From the NCBI GenBank assembly GCA_010093705.1, contig MU006113.1, positions 6,849 through 70,848 on the forward strand: a stretch of 64,000 bases of DNA, given 5' to 3'. Within the stretch, counting starts at the first letter, position 1. Each line of letters opens with the position of its first letter. The notes beneath the pieces are model-generated. The model saw only the letters and a program-made list of their open reading frames with translations, was not told the DNA's origin and ran no database searches. Positions 11,885 to 22,630 of this stretch are shown here, piece by piece. A program made the position numbers and the translations under genes. Source of the stretch: Patellaria atrata CBS 101060. Lineage: Eukaryota.

Positions 11885-14800
11885 TGTGGGTATGGCGTCA
11901 GTGGCGTCTTTGAAACTTGAGCGGGGAGGAGGTACCGTGTGGTGGGGTTATGGGAGACTAAGGTTTTGGAGCATTTTGATGAGGGTAATATTTCGGTTTA
12001 GATTGGGGGTTTTTGGGGGTCGATTTGGTGGGGAGTGATTGGGTGGAGGATTAGGTGGAAAAACTTGGAAGTTGATGTTTTGGAATGGGTGTGGAATTTT
12101 GCTTCCTGGTAAGGGGGTGGTGCAGTACAACAATGGGATTTGTTCGAAAGTCTGATATCTACGGTAGGTTGTAGAGCGGATTGCGATTCGGGAGCTTGTG
12201 GGAATCACATGTTGTGAAAAAAGGGAGCTGGAAGTCTTTGATCTACGTATCAGAATGAACTTGTGCGGCCGGTAAGAACCGCGATAGCTTTTCCTAAAGT
12301 GCTAAATACCTAGCTCGACACGTAATTGCATTCATGACCCCTTATTGGCTATCTTCGCCGTACCTGTCTTCTGAATCTTAATCACTAACGTGATGGGGAG
12401 AAGGTCATCGAGTGCAAAAAGCTTGGGTGCCGATTGAACGCTAAATTGCGGGATGTATGAAAGGGAGGGGTGAACGTTCATCTTACCGGGTAAAAAGTTG
12501 TTGAGAAGACCTTGAGCATTATGTGGCCTGCAATATTGTTTAAATGCTAGGTATGGAATACGAGGGAGGCAGGTACCGCCATGACGGCAATTCGATAGTG
12601 TAGTACATTTCTACAGTTCAAGATACGGTATGTTCCTCTCTACCTTACCCATATTGAGCGGTATGGAGGAAAGGCGGGGCGGAAAGTATGGAGGATTGAA
12701 GCGGGGGCCGGGTAAGAGGTGACGAACGGCAAGTGAGGAATAGAGGAGTGGAAGCCGAAACCGAAATTCATATTCTGCATCACGTTATCGCGTCAAACCA
12801 GATACAGCTATATTCCAAACTTCGTGATCGTAGATGATGCAACACTCAACATGACACAAGATCTATACAGTATAAACGTCCATTCAGCGCCATACGCGCG
12901 CCGCTAGATCTGCGGAGAAATGTACCCTTTCAGCGATATCGTCGTTGCATATGCAACCTGTATTGGCGGCATCCCTTCTCCTTAAACTCCTTCTCGGATT
13001 GGTTTGACGGTTACGATGGACGTAATGGGTAGGTGGGGTGCTTATGAAAATAGAGAAACGACGAGATGTTGCATCTTGTAATGTAATAAGGGAATAAACG
13101 TTGCTTGACAGACCAGCCCCCATGAGCCACCAATATTTCCTTGCAGCGGAGCCTCCCACCGAAGAGACTTTTTGAGTAGGTCGAGGTTACATTAACCTTC
13201 GAAGTTATGCTTCAATTAGCTTCCCTCTAGAGGTGGTAAGAGCCAAAGTGTCGACGATCTCACAGATCATTATCGAGGATTCGAGAATCCAAATGCAGAA
13301 CCCTTCAAATCTTGAAACTCCCATCACGGTGATTGGCAGATCAGCGCTCCACCACAGGTCCCTGTGCGTTATTCTGCAGATTTCTGCATTGCATAATTGT
13401 GCAAAGTGCATGCAGATTCTTTACAAGTATAGATCAAGTTCAACGACAATCTCTCTCATCCTGTACAGAACCTTCACTCCGTGGAGCCCGAAAACAACTC
13501 CCGTCGACGCACGAAAAGCCACGGCATATACTTGTTAGCCCAGACCAGGGCACTTTTCCTGTAGTTCTACGGCACAGCTCTTCGGAAGTTTCCCTCAAGC
13601 ACAGTACTGTACATACCTTACAGTTTTTCCGGAACCCGAACGCCTCTATCGGACCTCATCCCCGAACCTTCAGCAGATTTCAGTCAGCCAGTCATCCGCG
13701 GCAGCTGTAACTAGGCACCGAACAGACCAAGCTGCTAATTTACTCTCGGTGGAATGTCAAACGAGAATAAGGCCGTCGTCGAAAAGTGCGAAAGCTACGG
13801 ACTTCTCGCAGCTTCAGCTTAGGTTGGAATGGTTGGTGAGAGCGGCTGATTGCAGTTGAGGATGAAGAACAAATGTCCGAAATCGATTGATCGGGACTTG
13901 GAATTGATGTTTGTACTCCTGTAAGTACATCCTCTTCAACAGCCACCGTGAGAGCTATCAAGACCCCTGGAGGGATAAAGAGATATCTCAAATTGGTATA
14001 CCGGATTTATCTGCGAGTACGTGTATGCTCCAGTCAACCAAGTTATCGGGAATTGGAAAGGTCACAGTAGATGTGCGACTCAGCAGTTACGCATCACAGA
14101 CCGGGCCTCGGTAGAAATAGAATGCTTTCTTCATCAATTGGAACGCTCTGATCCTAAGGCTTTCACCAAAAGAGAACAGAAAGCAGAAGGCTCCTACGAC
14201 AACAGAATTCGATCTGTTCGCTCAGAGTTTTCGAGTCTTCTACGAACAGCGGGGCACCCTTTTATACGTATTCACAGTTCAGTACACGGCTTGGGGATAA
14301 TCGGACAACTAATAAATTCCGAAACCCCTCTGCATCGATGCTGACAGAGGATCACTGCCTAATGCGGTAGTCACCAAGACACTCTCTAAGAATACATTAT
14401 CTGCTAAATCTCATGTCTCTTCACGCAAGCGAGTTGGAGAATGTGATCAGTAACGCAGAGATTAGGACTTCTCGAGACTCCTCTTCTTAGAGAAGTTTGT
14501 AATACCCCAACTTTCATACATTTTTGGTGCTTCAGTCATAGTCTCAATTTTCCCTCTTCAGTCAATCCCGATCGCTCCATCACTCAGCTCCAAGTCTATT
14601 CCCATCTCAACTTCAACATCTTAAGACTGAGCAATACCCTTCCTCTACTTCAATTCTCCATGCAAACTATACCCATACCTCACAATGACATTCACCCTTA
14701 CCATCCGCTTTGTGTAAATCCCTCAACGTGTCAGAGTTCATAGCCCGACATTCCAGATACAACAAAAGCATCATACAGCACTGTCCCGAAAACACCAAAG

Positions 14801-15695
14801 CGAAGACTCAACTCCATCCTCCATCCCCATAACGAACATCACCCATCCCCCGTACACCCGCCGCACACACTCCGGCGTACCGCTGATTTCCCCCTCCACC
14901 GAGATACCAGCACCCCGTACAGCACCCCCATAATTCCCTCAACGTCCAATTTCCCCCTCCTATACACCCGTAATCAAGAGACACTTACACGGTCTCCGTC
15001 TTGCAGTTCGCATACTAACTCACCACCACTGACTCCGTATGGATCAGAATGGAGAGGGGAGCGATATTCCATACCACACCTATATCCCTCGATTATGATA
15101 GTCCTACGCTCGCTGTGTAAGGTACAGATGTCGCATTGCATTCTATCTCCAAGCGGGATATAGTTCCACTGCTTTGCACAGTACAGTACGGTACATATAA
15201 ACCCAACCTCACATAGCAGACCTTCTCCACGCTCGCGTCGCCTCAGGAGGACTGGGTCAAGAATCACCGCATAAGATGGTTCTTCCGTCGAGTTGTTCTC
15301 CGTATATATCGTTTCGCGGGAAATAAGAACCGGTTGCTCCTGTTCTATAATGTCGAGTTTTTGCTCCGACTGCTATCCTGCTCTTGTTTTACGTGTACGG
15401 CGTCCTACGCCCCCCCACCTAAGTTTGGCTAGACACGATTGATTTGTAGGATGTGGTACAGATATATCTTGAGCGAGAAACCTTGGGTCAAAGGATTGAT
15501 TTAGTCAGTTCCCCTGTGGTGATAGAGTTATCGAATTATACCGTATAACGAGGATTATATTACCCTCGCTGAATGCACACACTACGGTACCATTCCACTA
15601 TCAAGATCTCCATCCTGTCATGATATGCATCCACTCATATGTACGAGCACGGTATACCCAACACTCCAGTAACGCCATAAACAAAACCCCATCCA

Positions 15696-17994
15696 TCACG
15701 GACTCTCACCCCCCATATCAACCTCCCACTTCCTCGCCTTAAGCACCCTCATCCTCTTCACCGGACTCCCCCCATTCACCCTCTCCCGTTCCAATAACCC
15801 CACCCGTTCCCTCAACCTCTCATTCTCCACCTCCAACTCTCTAGCCCTCTCCCCCACCTCCTCACGGTCCTCATAAACCACAACCTCGTCCTGATCCTTG
15901 ACGCGGCTCAAAAGCTCAATCTTGGCATCGATGTGTTCCTCGTTGCGGTCTGTTTCCTCCGCCCACGCGCCCTGCCACCTGCGCCTTTCAGTCTCGAGCC
16001 GCGCATCCATCTCGGCGAAACACTCCTCGCGGACCGCGGCCTCGAGGCCCTCGAGACGGGACTCGGAGGCGCGCCAGGAGGCCTCCGCGGCGCGACGGCG
16101 GGATTCCTCCTCGCGGAGGCGGAGGTGAGCGATCTCGAGCTGTTCGGCTAGACGGAGGATCTCTGCGTCGAGGTCCTCCGCTGCGGAGGGCGACACACGG
16201 CCGGTCCTAGGCAGGTTGGAGGGGGACAGGATGGTGCTGGTGTAGCTCGGGATGCGGGGGACGGTGACTTCGCGCGCGAGGGCGGAGTAGCGCAGGATTT
16301 GGGACGTCGCGTTGAAGTCGCCGATGGGGTCGGCGGTCACGATCATGATTGCTTTCTGCGGGTCGCGCGGGCGGTGGTGGTGCGAGGGGAAGGAGTTGGA
16401 GAAGAGAAGCTCGGTCAGCTTGCATTGCCGGTAGGGGACTATGGTTTGCTTTGTGCTGTCTTGGGCGTCGGATTGCATTTGCATGCATTGGCCAAGGTAC
16501 ATGAGGGATTCGTTTATCTTGCCAGCTTCGGCGAGAGTGGCTCCGGCGGTTTTGGCGTTGCGGGCGCGTTCGGAGCCTGGATTGGTGGTTAGTAGGTTTG
16601 AGATGGGGGGCGAGTAGGAGATGTGGACTTGCCGGCGAGGTCAACAATGGTTAGTGTGCTGGTCGACCATGTATCATTGGAGTTATGTCTCCTTTTCTTT
16701 ACCTCGACGTTGAAGAAGCCATGACTTCTAGAGCTGACGGCATTACTGCCAGTTCCAGCAACACGTCTTTCCGTTAGACCCGTCTCGAGGACCATGAGAG
16801 CTTCCTCAAAACTACCACAGATCACCTTTCTCAATCCAGCTACCACTTTTCTGTCTGGTGAATGTTCGGTCGATTTGAAGAGGAGCGCTCGTCGTTTCTG
16901 AGCATTGAATCGGCCGCTCGTTGCGGACTGTGTTAAAAGATCGAAAATCCGGTCATTGTAAACTTCGAACATGGAAATTACAATTGCATATTCCGTATCG
17001 CTATCGACTTCAATTTCGACATCGTTGACGCTAGGAGTCTGTGGAAGGGTGCTTGGTCGTGGTATACGGTTTGATCTCGGCGCAGTACTAATAAATGAAC
17101 TTGCATCCTTTGAAGATGAGTTAGTCCTAACTCCTTTCTTACTGATGTATGTGGAGTCGAGTGTTGTGACTGGACGTATAGTTGAAGCTGTTGATGAAAT
17201 ACTTGATCGAGCATACATGTTGTTGCTAAGACGGGGATATAGGTTATATGAATTCGGAATTTTGATCTTAGTGGGGTTTGGTTGCAATTTACTGAGACGA
17301 TGATACAAGTTGTGTGATGCTGACTTCTTGATCGGGTTGGAGTAGTTTTGAAAAGACTTGAGCATACCGGCATGGGTGTCTGCGCCCTTGAGTTATAACC
17401 ACGCTCCGACTGTCCATCGCCATATAGGGAGTCGAGGAAAATAGAGGCGGGTAGTATCTGTGCTTCTGAAACATCTGATGCTGCAATAGAAGGGAACACA
17501 ATTGGCGTGAATGTAGGGTCGATAATCTGGTGGTCGATGGACTTGAACAAAACGTCGAGGGACATCTGGGTTAAACCTCGTTGCGACTTCGAGCCGAGAA
17601 TAGTATGGCTCTAGATAATCAGATTCAGCGCGATTCCTGACATGCAGCTATAATATTATACTTTTCCAGAGCCAGTAACCCCCAACGTCGCTAATAGACC
17701 ATCACGGCCAGATCTTGAACCAGGGCCTACAACCCCTTCAATCAATGGGATTACTCCAATTCCTTTGAATAGATCGATCTGAGCTGCATCTTCTTCGAAT
17801 ACTCTTGTAAATGCAAACTTCTCGACCGCTCGTTTTCTGTGGTCGTTCGACGGAGGCTTGATCGTTATATGGGTTGGTGCATCCTGTTCGTTGATTTCAA
17901 CGTCGAGAAATCGCTCTGCACTTTGGTTTGGAGATGGACGAAGTCTCAAGAATACGTCAAATAACGAAGCGGAAGGCCTTTGTGTAGAATCCAT
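15696..17994 (-). CDS. Kinesin motor protein, probably kinesin-6 (Klp9-like); exons 17994-17662, 17610-17368, 17107-16633, 16576-15696
   Basis: VFLRLRP, P-loop GVTGSGKSHT across intron 1, SMFEVYNDRIFDLL, switch I NAVSSRSH, switch II DLAGSER (across a GC-AG intron), VPYRQCKLTELL, C-terminal coiled coil. The long insert in the motor domain fits kinesin-6. Confidence 0.92.
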
Positions 17995-18244
17995 TGCGTT
18001 GCGTTGTGTAAATTCAACTGTGCTCGTAAAGTAGCGTGCAGTTGTGAGAGCCGGGAATTGTATACGGTTTGCCTATCTTGGTAGTGTGTTGCTACGGCTA
18101 CGGTTATCTCTTAACGCGCCAAGCACAACCTGAAAACGTCCGACTGAACGGACAAAGACCCCAAATCTTTCACAACATCAATGATGTTTCTTTTCCGCTG
18201 TCGACCTTTTCAAAGAACCTCAACACTCGAAAAGAATTCACATC
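17995..18244. promoter_or_regulatory. 250-bp bidirectional promoter between the kinesin and the DEAD-box helicase
   Basis: Head-to-head ATGs at 17994 (-) and 18245 (+). An ACGCG (MCB-like) core lies at ~18114. Confidence 0.55.
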
Positions 18245-20044
18245 ATGTCAGAGGCTGCTTATTCAACCTCCTCCCTCCGGGAGAGAAATGCTCAACCATA
18301 TAAGAGCATGGCCGGAAAGCTACATCCTGAACTTCTCGCCTCATTGGATGCAATGAGTTTCGAGTATATGACACCCGTTCAAGAGAAAGTCTTGACGGGA
18401 ATGTCAGACTTTAGAGCTGATCTTCTTGTCCAAGCCAAGACAGGTACGGGGAAGACAGTTGCATTCCTATTACCTGCGTTGCAGACATTGCTTATTTCAC
18501 CTTACTTTCCACCGGGCCAGGTTGCAATACTTGTTATATCTCCAACCCGTGAGCTTGCTCTTCAGATTGCTAAAGAGTGCAATCAACTGACCTCAAAGTT
18601 GAGCAAGCGGATTGAATGTCACACAGCGTTCGGAGGTATGTATATTTGTTGCCTGATTGAATTCTCACTGATTTATATTGTAGGAACTGCTCGTGCGGCA
18701 AACATGAATAAGTTCCTGAAAGGTTTCCCAACCGTATTAGTCGTTACACCTGGGCGACTTAAAGATTATCTGACGGATCCCAAAGCTGCCTCAAAGCTAT
18801 GGGATATCCGTACACTGATATTGGATGAAGCAGATACAATGCTTGAGAGGGGATTTTTACAAGATGTAAAAGAGATCTTGAAAGCTCTCCCCCCAAAGCG
18901 TGAACATCATTGGCAAGGGATGTGCTTCTCCGCTACCATTCCGCAAAAGATTCGAGATGTATTGAATACAGTCTTGGATCCAAATTATGTCAAGATTTCT
19001 ACATTTGACGAACAAGATACCCCGACGATTGATACGATAGCCCAATACTGCGTAGTAATGCCTTCTGTCGAAGATACATTTACTACACTTAAATCGCTTA
19101 TCGACTCCGAGAATGACAAAGGGGCTGCAAAAATTATCGTATTTGGTGTAACTGCAAACATGGTAGCTCTATTTGCAAATTTCTTCTCTAGCGGCCTCAC
19201 AACTCTCAAGGTTTCAGAACTTCACTCACGCTTGAATCAAAACGCTCGTACACGTACGACGGATGAATTTAAAGCAGCAACGTCAGGCATAATGTTTGCT
19301 TCTGATGTTATTGGACGTGGTATGGATTTCCCTAATGTCGATCTAGTGATCCAAGTTGGTCTCCCAACAAGCGGAGAGCAGTATATTCACCGAGTAGGAC
19401 GTACCGGTCGTGCTGGCAACGAAGGGCGGGCAGTCCTTCTTCTCACAGAACGAGAATCATTCTTTCCCAGAGTGAATAAGCAGCTTCCGATTCAGCAGCA
19501 TCCAAACCAAGCTGATATCGTCAACAATCGCGTTAATTACGCGTCTCTTATTGAAACAGCGATGAATCAAGTGGACGAAAAGGTCAAGCAGAGAGCCTAC
19601 TCAGCATACATTGGGTTCTTCGCTGGATCCGGTATACTCAAACAAGTCCGCCTTGATAAAGAGGGACTTGTAGCTATGGCAAACGAATTGGCCATCAAGG
19701 GCATGCATTGCCCAGAGCCACCACCAATGGAGAAACGAATCGTTGGGAAGATGGGTTTGAAGGGTGTAAAGGGATTTAACTATGCAACCGCAGACGAACA
19801 ACCCTTTAGAACACGGAAGCAGATTCAACAACAATCAAATCAGCCCCCTAGAACACGGGAGCAGAATCAACAACAATCGAACCAACTACTTCGAACTTTC
19901 ACAGAAGCAGCGTCTCGCACTGCCAGTGCTGGGGTGAAAAAGCCTGCTGCTACCAAAACAAGCGGTACTAAGAGGGGTCGCCGTCGTCAGGACCGCGATG
20001 AGGAACTCTTTCGTAGAGCAGATCAAGGAGCACCTCCTGGATGA
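18245..20044 (+). CDS. DEAD-box RNA helicase, Mss116/CYT-19-like; 48-nt intron at 18636-18683
   Basis: Q motif MTPVQ, AKTGTGKT, PTRELA, TPGRL, DEAD, SAT, GRGMDF, YIHRVGRTGRAG. The intron is GTATGT...CTGAT...TAG. Confidence 0.95.
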   Translation: MSEAAYSTSSLRERNAQPYKSMAGKLHPELLASLDAMSFEYMTPVQEKVLTGMSDFRADLLVQAKTGTGKTVAFLLPALQTLLISPYFPPGQVAILVISPTRELALQIAKECNQLTSKLSKRIECHTAFGGMYICCLIEFSLIYIVGTARAANMNKFLKGFPTVLVVTPGRLKDYLTDPKAASKLWDIRTLILDEADTMLERGFLQDVKEILKALPPKREHHWQGMCFSATIPQKIRDVLNTVLDPNYVKISTFDEQDTPTIDTIAQYCVVMPSVEDTFTTLKSLIDSENDKGAAKIIVFGVTANMVALFANFFSSGLTTLKVSELHSRLNQNARTRTTDEFKAATSGIMFASDVIGRGMDFPNVDLVIQVGLPTSGEQYIHRVGRTGRAGNEGRAVLLLTERESFFPRVNKQLPIQQHPNQADIVNNRVNYASLIETAMNQVDEKVKQRAYSAYIGFFAGSGILKQVRLDKEGLVAMANELAIKGMHCPEPPPMEKRIVGKMGLKGVKGFNYATADEQPFRTRKQIQQQSNQPPRTREQNQQQSNQLLRTFTEAASRTASAGVKKPAATKTSGTKRGRRRQDRDEELFRRADQGAPPG

Positions 20045-20699
20045 AGGATTTAAAGACCCAATTGGGTAGGTCGACTTCTACTGTACCCTTCGAGCACCCG
20101 GAAAGAGCATCAACCGCTCAAAATCACTAGAAGCCCAATGGAATATGAGCTTATACCGCCCACATTAGTGGTTATTGTACGAGTCTGGTGAATTTAAGCG
20201 ATGAAGTGAAAGTTAGACTTTAAGCTTGTCACGTAAGATGTAAGCTTAACCTGATTTCTGGAATTATAACGGCTATCCTAAACCTTCGGCTACCACCAGA
20301 ATAAGGGCGAGAGCAACATACACATCTCCCTTATGTAGATAAATGAATAGTCTACATTCAACAATCCAAATTACTTTCCAGACTCATAAGTGATATAGAT
20401 ACGAATTAAGTGAAGGAATAGTACCCTGCTTACCATGACACGATCCGAAGAGCGCTACACTCCGTGGTGGGGCTGTGTTGCCTAGTTCCCCAACACCATA
20501 AACATGCCACCCGCGCGTCTCATGTTTCTGGCCCCCTGAACAGTATATATAATACTTAGGTTCTACCTTTTCTTGTTGTCTCTTCTCTTTCTGTCATTCC
20601 CGTTTCTCCGAAAAGTCGCTTGTTTCTTCTTGTACCTTTCTTTCTGATTTTCCAGAGTGAAACATCCATCCATTAGCTTTTCCTATCACATCTATCAAG

Positions 20700-21860
20700 A
20701 TGGGCAAGAAAACAATTCCTCCACCAGCTCGGGGCTACCGTGATGACCCAGACGCCGTCTCTATGCACACCACACCCGAAGACTACGAATACGACGATGC
20801 CCCTCAAATCAACGACGAAATGCCCCCTGCCTACTCCGACTCCACCGGCGCCAACGCCCCTTCTCGTCCCCAAGCCGGTGCTCACAACTTCGAATCCGCA
20901 ATCCTCTTCAAAGAGCACAATGGCAAAACCATCTGGCTCCAACCCCCCTCTACCATGAGCGCCGAAATCCTCCTCGACGCCGTGCACAACTGGGCCTCCA
21001 CGCCTCCCCAACCCATGATCAAGATCCAGGGAACCCACAAGCAGACCGTCAAGAACGGGGACAAGAAAGAGACAAAGACGATCACCGATTTCGAATTCTG
21101 GTGCGACCTAACCCAATTCTTCGCCATCGGCCAAACAGTCAGCGGAAACAGCTGGAAGCGTCTGCACGTCGTTGGCGGCGGGGAAAAAGTCCACCGAGGC
21201 AGCATAACCAAGAAACGAGCGCCCGGCTTTAAAAGCGACCTCGAAGTCGGCGACTCGCAACCGGGTCTGCTCGAATGGTGCCAACAATACATCTCGTGCC
21301 CCTCGGCCCTCAAAACCTTCCGCTTCGACCGCACCGTCTCTGGCATCGACCAGCAGTTCCTCCACGCCGAGATCCAGCGCATCATCACCTCGACCAACTA
21401 CCGCGGCCGCACGTCCGTCACGTTTCCTATAGGCCACCGCGCCGAGGAATTGCATACGGATGTGTGGCAGACGCGCTGGCGCCATAGTCGCTGGATCCCA
21501 TTTCTCTTCTACGTCTCGTTTCTCTGGCTCTTCGCGTGGCCGTACCTCTACTTCGCCACTAAGCGCTGGGCCGTCGTGTCGTGCGACTGGCCGTTCAGTC
21601 GCCTGGCCCCGGACGGCGCGAAGGAGTATGCTACGGTTAGCGAGCGGGAGTGGGTCGCGAAGTGGGGGAAGGGCGTCGAGGAGGCGGTGTGTGCGAGGTT
21701 TCAGGGCGAGTTGGATGGGAGGGCTTTAGAGGGGTTTTTGAGGCCTAGGGAGGTTAGGACGGGGGATGAGAGGGTCGATGGGGTGGTGGGGTTTTTGAGG
21801 GCTGGGGTTAGGGCCGCCGGAGAGGTTAATAGGGCGTTAGGCTGGGGTGGGGATTGTTAG
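20700..21860 (+). CDS. Conserved fungal hypothetical protein (386 aa) with a PPAY motif and one C-terminal hydrophobic segment
   Basis: Long single-exon ORF with strong codon bias. Motifs IQGTH, DF..DLT, W...Y, TNYRG and FLWLFAWPYLYF. Confidence 0.85.
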   Translation: MGKKTIPPPARGYRDDPDAVSMHTTPEDYEYDDAPQINDEMPPAYSDSTGANAPSRPQAGAHNFESAILFKEHNGKTIWLQPPSTMSAEILLDAVHNWASTPPQPMIKIQGTHKQTVKNGDKKETKTITDFEFWCDLTQFFAIGQTVSGNSWKRLHVVGGGEKVHRGSITKKRAPGFKSDLEVGDSQPGLLEWCQQYISCPSALKTFRFDRTVSGIDQQFLHAEIQRIITSTNYRGRTSVTFPIGHRAEELHTDVWQTRWRHSRWIPFLFYVSFLWLFAWPYLYFATKRWAVVSCDWPFSRLAPDGAKEYATVSEREWVAKWGKGVEEAVCARFQGELDGRALEGFLRPREVRTGDERVDGVVGFLRAGVRAAGEVNRALGWGGDC

Positions 21861-22630
21861 ATTGATGAGATCGGAGGAGTTTTAGGGGGGTGTCATGTGC
21901 AATTGTGGTCACTGGACGGCGAGGGATTACCGGCTTATCTCGGGTTGGAATGGGTATGTGGGAATGGGGACACGGCGTTAGGCTAATGGATCTTCTGTTC
22001 AATGACCGGTGTTGCTCATTTCGATATGATTCTAAACTGCTGATTTGGTCTCCAGACATGAAACCTGATTCGGTGCCCATACCGCTAGCTCAGCAAGCAA
22101 GCGAACGAGTACAGCGGGTACAGCCTATGAACGGGACGGATCATGAAAGGTAGGAGAAAATAATTATACTCTGATAACTCACACATGAACCATAAGGCGG
22201 TATATCTCTCCAAACCTCCTTTTTTCCAAAGACAGCGTCGAGGATCCGTACATCAGCAACCGAACTATTCCCCTCAGCCCTGTTCACGGTACAGCACAAC
22301 CCATACACTCCCCGCACGCATCTCCAAACTCTCCAAACTCGCAAAACTTATGAAGAAGTGTCCCCCGGATACCGTACTATGACATATCTGGGTAATCTGG
22401 GGATCCGTACTCGTAGCGTGCTAGGATAGTAAAGTAAAGTAAACATAAGCAGGCGTACAAGGGTATTATAATTACATTTGAAATCAGATATCTACGCTTC
22501 GAGGTCATACATCATCATTTGAATCATGAACAAGGTGACAGGTAAAGGGACAGGTAGAGCGACAGGTAAATCATGCCTAAGCAACAAACCATGGCCGCGG
22601 AAGGTCTTGAACCCATCCTACCTAACGTCC

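Noticed and set aside
14720..14780. Possible minus-strand C/D snoRNA (ATGATGC...CTGA)
   Set aside because: Imperfect C box, too short, no terminal stem, and the guide could not be verified.
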